A stretch of 32,000 nucleotides of DNA from Sinorhizobium meliloti (lineage in GTDB: Bacteria; Pseudomonadota; Alphaproteobacteria; Rhizobiales; Rhizobiaceae), in the NCBI RefSeq assembly GCF_017876815.1, contig NZ_JAGIOS010000001.1, forward strand, positions 780,001 to 812,000, read 5' to 3'. Positions 1-9,024 of this stretch are shown here, piece after piece. Both the position numbers and the translations under genes were made by a program. Under the pieces are notes generated by a model, which was not told the DNA's origin, ran no database searches, and saw only the letters and a program-made list of their open reading frames with translations. Numbering within the stretch: position 1 is the first letter of the stretch; every line of letters begins with the position of its first letter.

Positions 1-597
1 CGCCAGTTCGCGCGCGACGGCAAGCACGTTGCGCCAGGTGGCGATGTAGTGCAGGTCGACGCCCTTCGACTTCATGTTGCCGCGCGCCTCCGGGAAGATG
101 TCATAGTAGAAGAGGGCGATGCCGTGCTCGACCACGCCGCCGGCCGCGCGGATCGCATCGATGAACTTGAACATCGAGCCGCCGGCGGTCGTCAGATCCT
201 CGATGACAAGGACACGCGCACCCTCAGGCATATAGCCCTCTATCTGGGCGTTGCGGCCGTGCCCCTTCGGCGCCTTGCGTACATAGATCATCGGCAGGCC
301 AAGACGCTCGGCAAGCATTGCCGCGAAGGGAATACCGGCGGTCTCGCCGCCGGCCACCACGTCGAACTGCTCGAAACCGGCTTCGCGGAGGATCGTGGCG
401 GCAGCGAAATCCATGACCGCCGAGCGGATGCGCGGATAGGAGACCAGCTTGCGGCAGTCGATATAGACCGGGCTCGCCATGCCGGAGGCGAGCCTGTAGG
501 GCTCGTCGGCGCGAAAATGCACGGCCTTGATTTCCCAGAGCATCTTCGCGACCAGCTCGGCCATCACGGCCTTGTCGGTGAATGCGTTCGAAAACAT
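1..597 (-). CDS. pyrE: orotate phosphoribosyltransferase; the C-terminus runs off the left window edge
   Basis: Manual minus-strand translation from the ATG at 597..595 gives [51 protein letters not shown]...[45 protein letters not shown]...[14 protein letters not shown]. This includes a PRPP-binding loop. A Shine-Dalgarno (SD) sequence GAAGGAGAG lies upstream. The gene is missing from the ORF track because no stop falls inside the window. The listed plus-strand ORF 49..702 is its shadow. Confidence 0.9.
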   Translation of the reverse strand, partial: MFSNAFTDKAVMAELVAKMLWEIKAVHFRADEPYRLASGMASPVYIDCRKLVSYPRIRSAVMDFAAATILREAGFEQFDVVAGGETAGIPFAAMLAERLGLPMIYVRKAPKGHGRNAQIEGYMPEGARVLVIEDLTTAGGSMFKFIDAIRAAGGVVEHGIALFYYDIFPEARGNMKSKGVDLHYIATWRNVLAVARELA

Positions 598-614
598 GGA
601 CTCTCCTTCGGCTA

Positions 615-1658
615 TCAGGCCTGTGTCACGGCCCAGTGGAGCGGGAACATCGGGTCGAAAACCGTGACCGGACCGGCTTCGGTCTCGATCCTGGCAGGGT
701 AGCTGACCGGCTCCTCCTGCTTGCGCAGCGTGATCGTCTCCTCGTTTGCCGGCAGGCCGTACCAGGCGGGGCCGTTCAGCGAGGTGAAGGCTTCCAGCCG
801 GTCGAGCGCACCCTCTTCCTCGAAGACGTGAGCGAGGCAGCTCAAGGTGTTGATCGATGTGTAGATGCCGGCACAGCCGCAGGCGCACTCCTTAAGCGGG
901 TCGACATGCGGGGCAGAGTCCGTGCCCAGGAAGAAGCGGACGTCGCCCGAGATCGCCGCCTGGCGAAGCGCCAGCCGATGCGCCTCGCGCTTCGCCACCG
1001 GCAGACAGTAGTAATGCGGCTTGATGCCGCCGACGAGGATGGCGTTGCGGTTGATGATCAGGTGATGGGTGGTGATGGAGCCGGCAAGATTGGCCGCATG
1101 CTCGCGGATGTAGTCGACGCCGTCCTTCGTCGTCACATGCTCCATGGTGATCCTGAGATCGGGCAGGCGCCGGCGGAGCGGGTCGAGAACGGTTTCGATG
1201 AAGACCGCCTCGCGGTCGAAAATGTCGACCTCGGCCGTCGTCACCTCGCCATGGACGCAGAGCGGCAGGCCGATCTCGGCCATGCGCTCGAGCACCGGCA
1301 TGGCCTTGTCGATATCGCGGACGCCGCTCGACGAATTGGTTGTGGCGCCGGCCGGATAGAGCTTGACGGCCTTGACGAGGCCGCTCCTGAACCCGGCTTC
1401 CACATCTCCCGGATCGGTGCCCTCGGTAAGATACAGCGTCATCAGCGGCTCGAACCGGTCCCCTGCGGGAATGGCGGCGAGGATGCGCTCGCGATAGGCG
1501 GCCGCATCGGCGGAGGTCACCACGGGCGGCACCAGATTGGGCATGATGATGGCGCGCGCGAAATGGCGGCTCGTATCGGCAATCACGCCGCGCAGGATGC
1601 CGCCGTCGCGAAGGTGAAGATGCCAATCATCAGGGCGGCGTATAACGAGGTCTTGCAT
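615..1658 (-). CDS. pyrC: dihydroorotase, homodimeric (class II) type
   Basis: ORF 615..1703 reads [19 protein letters not shown]...IIMPNL...HGE...GTDSAPH, which are metal-binding amidohydrolase motifs. I prefer the internal ATG at 1658, preceded by GGGAGAA, because it gives the canonical N-terminus. Confidence 0.9.
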   Translation of the reverse strand: MQDLVIRRPDDWHLHLRDGGILRGVIADTSRHFARAIIMPNLVPPVVTSADAAAYRERILAAIPAGDRFEPLMTLYLTEGTDPGDVEAGFRSGLVKAVKLYPAGATTNSSSGVRDIDKAMPVLERMAEIGLPLCVHGEVTTAEVDIFDREAVFIETVLDPLRRRLPDLRITMEHVTTKDGVDYIREHAANLAGSITTHHLIINRNAILVGGIKPHYYCLPVAKREAHRLALRQAAISGDVRFFLGTDSAPHVDPLKECACGCAGIYTSINTLSCLAHVFEEEGALDRLEAFTSLNGPAWYGLPANEETITLRKQEEPVSYPARIETEAGPVTVFDPMFPLHWAVTQA

Positions 1659-1804
1659 ATCAGCGTTCTCCCGATGCTCGCGCCCGATCCGCGCGGCCGG
1701 CATCAGGGCGTACCGGTGCGCTCGAAGGGCGGCAACTCATGTGGTGAAACCGCGCCTCGATAACACCATTGCGCCGCCGAAGACAATGGCCATTCGAAAG
1801 CTCA

Positions 1805-1830
1805 CCGCAGTCCGCGGCCGGAAACTGCGG
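1805..1830 (-). terminator. weak stem-loop downstream of frcK, a possible frc operon terminator
   Basis: CCGCAGT (1805-1811) pairs with ACTGCGG (1824-1830), a 7-bp stem with a 12-nt loop. There is no clear U-tract. Confidence 0.25.
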
Positions 1831-1847
1831 GACGAATGCCGAGCACT

Positions 1848-2468
1848 CTAAAAGTCCCTGATCACGACATCCGCCGGCCTGCGGCTGTCGACGACCCGGC
1901 GGGCATTGGGTATGTCGTTGCCATAGGCCTTGCTGCGCGCCGCGTCTTCGTCATAGCCGTGGTCGTACCAGCGCTGCAGGAGCCGCCGCTCGAGCACCTC
2001 CAGACCCGGATCGATGAAGATCGAATAATCGAAAGCGCCGTCGAGGCCGTTCCAGGGCGCTTCGTCGAGCAGCAGGTAGTTGCCCTCGGCAAGCACGATA
2101 CGCGTCTCGGGCGCGATGATCCTCGCCGAGGCAATCGCCAGTTCCCGGGAGCGGTCGAAGACCGGGACGAGAACCTCGCCGTCATCGGCGCGGACGGCGG
2201 CAAGCGTTGCGAGAAAGGATCGGACGTCGAAGGTCTCGGGTGCCCCCTTGCGGGCAAGCAGCCCTTTTTCCTCGAGAACGGCATTGTCCATGTGAAACCC
2301 GTCCATGGGCAACACCGCCGCCTTTTCGCCCGCCTGCGTGATCGCCTCCGCAAGCGTTTCGGAAAGCGTGGACTTACCGGCGCCGGGCGGACCGGCGATG
2401 GCGACGATGAAGCGGCCGGAATTGACCGTCCGCTTCAGGATTTCATCCGCAAGGGATTTGACGCTCAT
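1848..2468 (-). CDS. frcK: P-loop kinase of the uridine-kinase/PRK-like family, last gene of the fructose transporter operon
   Basis: MSVKSLADEILKRTVNSGRFIVAIAGPPGAGKSTLSE... contains a Walker A motif. The start ATG (2468..2466) overlaps the frcA stop as ATGA. The listed 350-aa ORF is an upstream shadow extension. Confidence 0.8.
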   Translation of the reverse strand: MSVKSLADEILKRTVNSGRFIVAIAGPPGAGKSTLSETLAEAITQAGEKAAVLPMDGFHMDNAVLEEKGLLARKGAPETFDVRSFLATLAAVRADDGEVLVPVFDRSRELAIASARIIAPETRIVLAEGNYLLLDEAPWNGLDGAFDYSIFIDPGLEVLERRLLQRWYDHGYDEDAARSKAYGNDIPNARRVVDSRRPADVVIRDF

Positions 2469-3247
2469 GCCGCGATCGCCTCGCGCGGCGGCTCCTTCGC
2501 ACCGGTCATGAAGGCCACCGCATCGGACATGGTGTAATCCTTGGGATTGATGACGCAGAGGCGGCGGCCGAGACGATGGATGTGGATCCGGTCCGCGACT
2601 TCGAAGACATGCGGCATGTTGTGCGAGATCAGCACGATCGGCAAGCCGCGGCGACGAACGTCGAGGATCAGCTCCAGCACGCGCCGGCTTTCCTTCACCC
2701 CGAGCGCCGCCGTCGGCTCGTCCATGATGACGACCTTGGAACCGAAGGCGGCGGCGCGCGCCACCGCAACGCCCTGGCGTTGTCCGCCGGAGAGCGTCTC
2801 GACCGCCTGGTTGATGTTCTGGATGGTCATCAGACCGAGCTCGGAGAGCTTCGCCCGCGCCTGCTTTTCCATGGCGGCGCGGTCGAGCGAGCGGAACCAC
2901 TTGCCCATGATGCCCGGCTTGCGGATCTCCCGGCCGAGGAACATGTTGTCGGCGATCGAGAGTGCCGGCGACAGGGCGAGGTTCTGATAGACCGTTTCGA
3001 TGCCGGCTTGCCTCGCCTCCATCGGCGAGCGGAACTGGATGGGCTTGCCTTCCAGCCGGATCTCGCCTTCGTCCGGCGTGACGGCGCCCGATATCGCCTT
3101 GATCATCGAGGACTTGCCGGCGCCGTTGTCGCCGATCACGGCCAGGATCTCGCCGGGATAGAGGTCGAAATCGGCGCGGTCGAGGGCGGTCACGCGGCCA
3201 TAGCGCTTGACGAGGCCGCGAGCGGTGAGAATGGGTTCCTGTGCCAT
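2465..3247 (-). CDS. frcA: sugar ABC transporter ATP-binding protein (fructose)
   Basis: MAQEPILTARGLVKRYGRVTALDRADFDLYPGEILAVIGDNGAGKSS...LSGGQRQGVAVARAAAFGSKVVIMDEPTAALG carries Walker A, the ABC signature and Walker B. The 679-aa track ORF 2465..4504 is this gene fused to a non-coding read-through into frcC and IS antisense sequence. Confidence 0.9.
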   Translation of the reverse strand: MAQEPILTARGLVKRYGRVTALDRADFDLYPGEILAVIGDNGAGKSSMIKAISGAVTPDEGEIRLEGKPIQFRSPMEARQAGIETVYQNLALSPALSIADNMFLGREIRKPGIMGKWFRSLDRAAMEKQARAKLSELGLMTIQNINQAVETLSGGQRQGVAVARAAAFGSKVVIMDEPTAALGVKESRRVLELILDVRRRGLPIVLISHNMPHVFEVADRIHIHRLGRRLCVINPKDYTMSDAVAFMTGAKEPPREAIAA

Positions 3248-3486
3248 CAGGCTGCTACCTTTCTGATCCACTGGTCGATTGCAACGGCGATGATGATCAG
3301 CAAGCCGATCAGGAGATAGGTCCATTGCGGGTCGGTGCCCATGAGGCGCAGGCCGAGCGAGAAGACGCCGACGATCAGCGCGCCGAAGAGCATGCCCATG
3401 ATGGAGCCGCGGCCGCCGAAGAGCGAGATGCCGCCGATCACCACGGCAGTGATCGATTCGATATTCGCAAACTGGCCCGCTGTCGG
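3247..3486 (-). pseudogene. frcC: 3' (C-terminal) fragment of the fructose ABC permease gene, separated from its 5' part by an IS insertion
   Basis: Minus-strand translation gives PTAGQFANIESITAVVIGGISLFGGRGSIMGMLFGALIVGVFSLGLRLMGTDPQWTYLLIGLLIIIAVAIDQWIRKVAA*. The first three codons, PTA, are the duplicated target site. Confidence 0.85.
3478..3486. repeat. left copy of the 9-bp target-site duplication CGCTGTCGG
   Basis: An identical 9-mer directly abuts both IS ends, at 3478-3486 and 4786-4794. Confidence 0.85.
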
Positions 3487-4785
3487 CAGGGCTGTCCGGG
3501 GAAAGTTCCGGGTGAATCGAAATGTCGCAGGCGCATGCCCCGTCAGACGGCGTTTTTCCGTCTATTTTCTGGTTGTCGAGACTCAGAAAAGGAGACGGAG
3601 CATGCGGTTCACCCCTAGCATTTTCGCCCAGCTGCTGAAAGCGATTGATCGCCGCAGCTTTCAGGCGATTGTGGGTCGTCATGCCGGGGATGCCTACGAC
3701 AAGTGCTTTACCAGCTGGGATCATCTGGTGGCACTGATCTATGCCCAGTTGAGCGCCACGACCAGCCTGCGCGGGTTGGAGGCGAGCTTCAACGCCAACA
3801 GTCAGCATCATTACCATCTCGGCAGTGGCCGGCTGATGCGCTCGACGCTGTCGGACGCCAACCGCCGCCGCCCGGTCGCCGTCTTCGCCGAGACCTTCGC
3901 GCTTCTGGCCGGTCAGCTCGACCGGCAGACGCGCCGGGAGGGCACCAAGATGCTGCGGCTGATCGATTCGACCCCGATACCGCTGGGTAAGCTGTACGAT
4001 TGGGCCAAGTCGAACGGCCGCATCCGCGGCATGAAGCTGCATGTCGTCTATGATCCCAAGGCCGATTGTCCAGGCATCCTCGACATCACCGACGCCAACG
4101 TCAACGACGCCCAGATCGGCCGCACGATCACCATCGAAAAGGGCGCAACCTATGTCTTCGACAAGGGCTACTGCCATTACGGCTGGTGGACGGCGATCGC
4201 CGAAGCCGGCGCCAGTTTCGTCACCCGGCCGAAGACCAACATGGGACTGGCTTTGGTCGCTGAACGCCCCGTTGAGCAACCTCAAGGCGATGGCTTCCTG
4301 GTCCTCGAAGACAGCCAGGTCAGCCTCGCCAGCAAGGGCGATTCCAAGCTGCCGATCGGCTTGCGCCGGGTAATCGTCAAGCGCCAGGACGGCGATACGA
4401 TCACGCTTCTGACCAACGACCTCGAGCGCTCCGCCGTCGAGATCGGCCAGCTCTATAAGGATCGCTGGCAGATCGAGCTTCTGTTCCGCTGGATCAAACA
4501 GCACCTCAAGATCCGCAAGTTCCTCGGCAACAACGACAACGCCATCCGCCTGCAGATCTTCGCGGCGATGATCGCCTATGCACTGTTGCGCATCGCCGCC
4601 CGCCTCGCCCGCGTCCCTCTACCGATCCTGCGCTTCACCGACCTCGTCACCCAGTGCCTGTTCCAGCGCAAAAGCATCGCCGAAATCCACAAGCCGCCGC
4701 AGGTCAATCCAAGCCGACCAAAACCCCGGACCATCCCAAACCAAATGGTCTTCCGCTATGCATGAATTTTCCCCGGACAGCCCTG
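3487..4785 (+). mobile_element. IS4-family insertion sequence, 1299 bp, apparently intact
   Basis: Terminal inverted repeats are CAGGGCTGTCCGGGGAAAGTTC (3487-3508) and the reverse complement of 4764-4785, CAGGGCTGTCCGGGGAAAATTC (21/22 match). It carries a single DDE transposase gene and is flanked by the 9-bp direct repeat. Removing the element and one repeat copy restores an uninterrupted frcC frame. Confidence 0.9.
3602..4765 (+). CDS. IS4-family DDE transposase (387 aa)
   Basis: MRFTPSIFAQLLKAIDRRSFQAIVGRHAGDAYDKCFTSWDHLVALIYAQLS... Candidate catalytic residues lie in RLIDSTPIPL, YVFDKGYCHY and YKDRWQIELLFRWIKQ. The last is a Y-x2-R-x3-E-x6-K motif typical of IS4. An SD sequence AAAGGAGA precedes the ATG at 3602. 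The stop codon lies inside the right inverted repeat. Confidence 0.9.
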   Translation: MRFTPSIFAQLLKAIDRRSFQAIVGRHAGDAYDKCFTSWDHLVALIYAQLSATTSLRGLEASFNANSQHHYHLGSGRLMRSTLSDANRRRPVAVFAETFALLAGQLDRQTRREGTKMLRLIDSTPIPLGKLYDWAKSNGRIRGMKLHVVYDPKADCPGILDITDANVNDAQIGRTITIEKGATYVFDKGYCHYGWWTAIAEAGASFVTRPKTNMGLALVAERPVEQPQGDGFLVLEDSQVSLASKGDSKLPIGLRRVIVKRQDGDTITLLTNDLERSAVEIGQLYKDRWQIELLFRWIKQHLKIRKFLGNNDNAIRLQIFAAMIAYALLRIAARLARVPLPILRFTDLVTQCLFQRKSIAEIHKPPQVNPSRPKPRTIPNQMVFRYA

Positions 4786-4794
4786 CGCTGTCGG
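4786..4794. repeat. right copy of the 9-bp target-site duplication CGCTGTCGG
   Basis: Identical to 3478-3486. Confidence 0.85.
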
Positions 4795-5637
4795 GGAGAC
4801 TGAGCCGATGCGGCCGATGAGGGCCCAGCCGGCAAGGGCGCAGATGAGGCCGGAGAGCGTATAGATGGAGATGAGCATGCGCGTGACGTTGACGCCGGCG
4901 AGCTTGGCAGCCTCGGGGTCGTCGCCGACGGCATAGACATAGCGCCCCCAGGCGGTGCGGTTCAGGACATACCAAAGAAGGCAGACGAGGAGCACCATCA
5001 CCACGACGCCGTAGGTGAAGACGGCATTGCCGATGCGGAAGTTCTGGCCGAAGAACTGCAGGATCGAGGCATTCGCGGAAATGTCCTGAGCCCGGATCGT
5101 CTCATTGGCGGAATAGAGGAAGTTCGAGGCGAGCACGATCTGCCACATGCCGAGCGTGACGATAAAGGGCGGCAGCTTCATGCGCGCGACGAGCGTTCCG
5201 TTGATGTAGCCGCAAAGCGCCCCCACCCCAAGGCCGCAGATGACGGAGAGCGCCGGCGGGAAGCCGTAGCGGAAGGTGAACTGCCCCATGATGACGGACG
5301 AGAGCACCATGATGGCGCCGACCGAAAGATCGATACCGGCGGTCAGGATCACGAGCGTCTGAGCGGCACCGACGATACCGACGATCGCCACCTGCTGCAG
5401 GATCAGCGTCATGGTGAAGGCGGAAAAGAACTTGCCGCCGAGAATGACCCCGAAGGCGATCAGCGACAGGACCAGCACGATCAGCGGCACCGCGGCCGGG
5501 CTCGAATGCAGGAAGTGCTGCAGCTTCTGAAGCAGCGTCTTATCATGCGCGTCGAATGACGCTACGTCCGTCGAACTGTCGGCCAGGACCTTTTCGAATT
5601 CCTGGGATGGCTGTGCGGCTGTGTTTGTTTCGCCCAT
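4786..5637 (-). pseudogene. frcC: 5' (N-terminal) fragment of the fructose ABC permease gene
   Basis: MGETNTAAQPSQEFEKVLADSS...multi-TM permease...IGRIGSVSPTA. The frame then runs into the IS (QGCPGKIHA*) and stops at 4756. Joined to the other fragment, the gene would encode about 360 aa. Confidence 0.85.
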
Positions 5638-5866
5638 GGGGACTCCTCCCGTGAACCCCGCTCAAGAAGGGGGTGCATTGCTGCAGGATGCGCGGCCCAC
5701 CGGTCGAAGCGGCGAGCCTCAGAACGCTCCACGAAATCCGGCCTGCGCCGCGATCGGTTCTGAGAAGCCAGAGCGGAACGCGGGCAAGAAGCACCTCGCG
5801 CCTTCCTCGCCCCGCCCTGAAAATTGCGCAGGTTTTCGATGCCTTGTCAAAGACCTCGGCACTTGC

Positions 5867-5894
5867 GGGAAGGGCGGCCGGGGCCGCCCTTCCC
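5867..5894 (-). promoter_or_regulatory. GC-rich stem-loop immediately downstream of frcB, inside the operon
   Basis: GGGAAGGGCGG..CCGCCCTTCCC forms an 11-bp perfect stem with a 6-nt loop. It lies in the 281-bp frcB-frcC spacer. Confidence 0.5.
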
Positions 5895-5918
5895 TTCAAC
5901 GCCTGTGTGCGTGGCCGA

Positions 5919-6944
5919 TCAGCCCCAGCACTTCTCCATGCCGGTCTTGGTATCGATCGACTCGACGCCGGATACCGGCTTGTCGGTGACGAGCGAAACG
6001 CCGGTGTCGACGAAGTCCTTGCCTTCGGTCGGCGTAGGCTTCTCGCCCGTATCGGCGAACTTCTTGATCGCCTCGATGCCGAGCGCCGCCATCATCAGCG
6101 GATACTGCTGCGACGTCGCGCCGATCACGCCCTCGGCGACATTCTTGACGCCCGGGCAGCCGCCGTCGACGGACACGATCAGCACGTCCTTCTCGCGGCC
6201 GACGGACTTCAGCGCCTCATAGGCGCCGGCGGCGGCCGGCTCGTTGATCGTGTGGACGACGTTGATGGTCGGGTCCTTCTGGAGGAGGTTCTCCATCGCG
6301 GTCCGGCCGCCCTCTTCGTTGCCGTTGGTGATGTCATGGCCGACGATGCGAGGATCATCCTCGTCGCCGATCTTGTTCGGGTCCTTGGGGTCGATGCCGA
6401 AACCGATCATGAAGCCCTGGTCGCGCAGCACATCGACGGAGGGCTGCGACGGCGTCAGGTCGAGGAAGGCCACCTTGGCTTCCTTGGCGGCATCGCCGAG
6501 TGTTGCGGCCGCCCACTGGCCGATGAGTTTGCCGGCAAGCAGGTTGTCCGTCGCAAAAGTGGCGTCGGCGGCATCGAGGGGTTCGAGCGGCGTGTCGAGC
6601 GCGATGACCAGAAGACCCGCATCCCGCGCCTTCTGGACCTGCGGCACGATACCCTGGGTATCGGAGGCGGCAATCAGGATACCCTTGGCGCCATCGGCGA
6701 TGCAGGTCTCGATCGCAGCGACCTGGCTCTCGGAATCCCCGTCGATCTTGCCGGCATAGGACTTCAGGGTGACGCCCAGTTCCTTGGCCTTGGCGGCCGC
6801 GCCTTCCTTCATTTTCACGAAAAAGGGATTGGTGTCGGTTTTGGTGATGAGGCATGCCGACACCTCGGCTGCCTGCGAGGGCGATGCGAAAGCCACGCCC
6901 ATGGCGAGCGCGCCGAATGCGGCAGAAAGAACTGTCTTCTTCAT
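5919..6944 (-). CDS. frcB: periplasmic fructose-binding protein (ABC substrate-binding, PBP type I sugar family)
   Basis: [28 protein letters not shown] begins with a signal peptide. The remainder looks like a ribose-binding-protein-like fold. An SD sequence GGGAGGA lies upstream. Confidence 0.85.
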   Translation of the reverse strand: MKKTVLSAAFGALAMGVAFASPSQAAEVSACLITKTDTNPFFVKMKEGAAAKAKELGVTLKSYAGKIDGDSESQVAAIETCIADGAKGILIAASDTQGIVPQVQKARDAGLLVIALDTPLEPLDAADATFATDNLLAGKLIGQWAAATLGDAAKEAKVAFLDLTPSQPSVDVLRDQGFMIGFGIDPKDPNKIGDEDDPRIVGHDITNGNEEGGRTAMENLLQKDPTINVVHTINEPAAAGAYEALKSVGREKDVLIVSVDGGCPGVKNVAEGVIGATSQQYPLMMAALGIEAIKKFADTGEKPTPTEGKDFVDTGVSLVTDKPVSGVESIDTKTGMEKCWG

Positions 6945-7066
6945 TAAATCCTCCCAAGGATGAAAAATGCCGGCGCGCCGGCTTCAGGACCCGCTGCAGC
7001 ATTCTCCTCAGCTGCAGACGGCGCTTCCGATGGTCAATCAAGCATCAAAAATCCACCGTGTCAATA

Positions 7067-7087
7067 AATAAATCAAATTGAATTATT
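7067..7087. promoter_or_regulatory. AT-rich 21-bp imperfect palindrome in the frcB/frcR divergent promoter region; candidate FrcR (ROK) operator
   Basis: AATAAATCAAATTGAATTATT is symmetric about A7077 with one mismatched pair. It is the only strongly AT-rich patch in this intergenic region. Confidence 0.3.
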
Positions 7088-7295
7088 ATCTCGTTGTGGC
7101 ATTCTGCACGTGGTATCGCCTCGGTCCGACCGGGAGGATTTGGGCATCGGCGATCGTGGGCTGGATGCGGACAGCCCCACGCGAAGCGAGCGGGTGCCGT
7201 GATCGGAGTGCGATCGCGGTAAAGCTTTAAGGTACTGCATGGCCGTACCCGGATCGGGGTGGAACCGTACGGTACCAATGGGAGGAAACGGTGGC

Positions 7296-8525
7296 ATGTC
7301 ACTGACAGATGGCCCCTATGCGGGGCCGCCCCAGCCGGATGTGGTCGACCCGAGCGGCGGGGCCAATCAAACGCGCGTGCGCGCCTATAACGAACGGCTG
7401 GTCATGTCGCTGGTGCGCCGTCACGGCAGCTTGTCCAAGGCCGAGATCGCGCGCCGATCCGGTCTATCGGCGCAGACCGCCTCCGTCATCATGCGGTCGC
7501 TCGAAGCCGACGGGCTGCTCGTCCGCGGCGCGCCGGTGCGCGGCCGGGTTGGACAGCCCTCCATCCCCATGCGGCTCAATCCGGATGCGGTCTATTCCTT
7601 CGGCGTGAAGATCGGCCGGCGCAGCGCCGATCTGGTGCTGATGGATTTTCTCGGCACCATCCGGCTGCACCTGCATCAGATCCATACCTATCCGCTGCCC
7701 GAGGAGATCGTCAGCTTCATCGTCGGGGGCATCGGCAAGCTCGAGGGACAGCTTGGCCCCGGCGAGCGCGGCCGCATTGCCGGCGTCGGCATCGCCACGC
7801 CGTTCGAACTGTGGAACTGGTCGGAGGAAGTCGGCGCGCCGCGCGAAGAGATGGACAGGTGGCGCGATTTCGACCTGCAGGCGGCGGTCGCCTCGCGCAT
7901 CCGGCATCCGGTTTTCCTTCAGAACGACGGAACCAGCGCCTGCGGTGCCGAACTCGCCTTTGGTGTGGGCGCCAGTTATCCCGATTTCGTCTATTTCTAT
8001 ATCGGCTCCTTTATCGGCGGCGGCGTCGTGATCAACTCCGCCCTCTTTTCCGGACGAACCGGCACCGCCGGCGCCGTCGGCCCGCTGCCTGTCGCCGGCA
8101 AGGACGGCAAGTCGACGCAGTTGCTGAAAATCGCCTCGGTCTTCGTCCTGGAAAAGCTCCTGCGCGAACGCGGCATCGACCCGGAGCCGCTCTGGTACTC
8201 CGCCGACGACTGGATCGATTTCGGCGAACCGCTCGAAATATGGATTCAGGATGCGGCGGCAGCGCTTGCGCAAGCCGTCGTCTCCGCGGTTTCCGTCCTC
8301 GATTTTTCGGCGGCCGTGATCGACGGCGGCTTTCCGCCCTGGGTGCGTGCGCGCCTTCTTGCCGCGACGCGAAAGGCCCTCCAGACGCTCGACCTGCAGG
8401 GCGTCACGGTTCCGGACCTCGTCGAAGGCACCGTCGGCAGCCACGCCCGCGCGATCGGCGGCGCAAGCCTGCCGCTCTTCTCCCGCTATCTGCTGGACAC
8501 CAATGTCCTCTTCAAGGAGCTTTAA
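7296..8525 (+). CDS. frcR: ROK-family transcriptional regulator of the fructose transporter
   Basis: MSLTDGPYAG...NQTRVRAYNERLVMSLVRRHGSLSKAEIARRSGLSAQTASVIMRSLEADGLL is a winged-HTH region followed by a ROK sugar-kinase-like fold. I chose the ATG at 7296 because it follows GGAGGAAAC. Confidence 0.85.
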   Translation: MSLTDGPYAGPPQPDVVDPSGGANQTRVRAYNERLVMSLVRRHGSLSKAEIARRSGLSAQTASVIMRSLEADGLLVRGAPVRGRVGQPSIPMRLNPDAVYSFGVKIGRRSADLVLMDFLGTIRLHLHQIHTYPLPEEIVSFIVGGIGKLEGQLGPGERGRIAGVGIATPFELWNWSEEVGAPREEMDRWRDFDLQAAVASRIRHPVFLQNDGTSACGAELAFGVGASYPDFVYFYIGSFIGGGVVINSALFSGRTGTAGAVGPLPVAGKDGKSTQLLKIASVFVLEKLLRERGIDPEPLWYSADDWIDFGEPLEIWIQDAAAALAQAVVSAVSVLDFSAAVIDGGFPPWVRARLLAATRKALQTLDLQGVTVPDLVEGTVGSHARAIGGASLPLFSRYLLDTNVLFKEL

Positions 8526-8529
8526 GCCG

Positions 8530-8958
8530 TTGCTGAAAGGAATAAGCCCCATTCTGAGCCCGGAGCTTCTCTCCACATTGAGAGCGATGGGGCACGGCGA
8601 CGAGATTGCGCTCGTCGACGGAAACTATCCCGGGCTGGAGCACGCGCGCCGGCTCATCCGGTTGGACGGGCACCCGCTTGTCCCCGTGCTCGACGCCGTA
8701 TTGAGCATCCTGCCGATCGACGATTTCGTGCCGGAGGCGATCTTCCGGGCAACCGTGAAACAGGACCGCGACGCGCTCGACCCGGTGCATCGGGACATCA
8801 TTGCCTGCTGTCGGAAACATGAGCCGGCACAGCCGGTCGTTCCTTTGCTCGGAGCCGATTTCTATCAGCGGGTGAAGGCGGCCCATGCGGTGGTGCAGAC
8901 CAGCGAACCGCGGCTATACGGCAACGTCATCCTGCGCAAGGGCGTCATCTACCCTTGA
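8530..8958 (+). CDS. RbsD/FucU-family sugar mutarotase/pyranase
   Basis: (M)LKGISPILSPELLSTLRAMGHGDEIALVDGNYPG...YGNVILRKGVIYP is a typical family N-terminus. I prefer the TTG at 8530 with AAGGAG 10 nt upstream. An in-frame ATG at 8503 is the alternative start. Confidence 0.75.
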   Translation: MLKGISPILSPELLSTLRAMGHGDEIALVDGNYPGLEHARRLIRLDGHPLVPVLDAVLSILPIDDFVPEAIFRATVKQDRDALDPVHRDIIACCRKHEPAQPVVPLLGADFYQRVKAAHAVVQTSEPRLYGNVILRKGVIYP

Positions 8959-8972
8959 GATCGTGACGCAAC

Positions 8973-9004
8973 AAAGAACCCGCCGGCGAGCCGGCGGGTT
9001 CTTT
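8973..9004. terminator. bidirectional rho-independent-type terminator hairpin between convergent genes
   Basis: AAAGAACCCGCCGG-CGAG-CCGGCGGGTTCTTT is a 14-bp perfect stem flanked by A and T runs on either strand. Confidence 0.8.
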
Positions 9005-9024
9005 CTCGACCAGCAATGCTTGGG

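Noticed and set aside
3335-3601. N-terminal 89-codon extension of the transposase ORF (track ORF 3335..4765)
   Set aside because: The extension begins outside the IS left inverted repeat, in frcC antisense sequence. The ATG at 3602 has a good SD sequence and gives the canonical MRFTPSIF... transposase N-terminus.
2465-4504. 679-aa minus-strand ORF that looks like one large protein
   Set aside because: Only the last 260 codons (frcA) are coding. The upstream part is a stop-free read-through across the frcC fragment and the antisense strand of the IS.
5673-6947. 424-aa plus-strand ORF over frcB and the frcB-frcC spacer
   Set aside because: It is antisense to the clear periplasmic binding protein gene and has no motifs, so it is a shadow ORF. 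The same applies to 49..702 and 582..1763 (antisense to pyrE and pyrC), 7464..8576 (antisense to frcR), 11130..12257 (antisense to cyaD1), 13280..14347 (spanning and antisense to the Sel1-like and spdA genes) and 22334..23215 (antisense to the YbaK-like gene and the ICMT 3' end).
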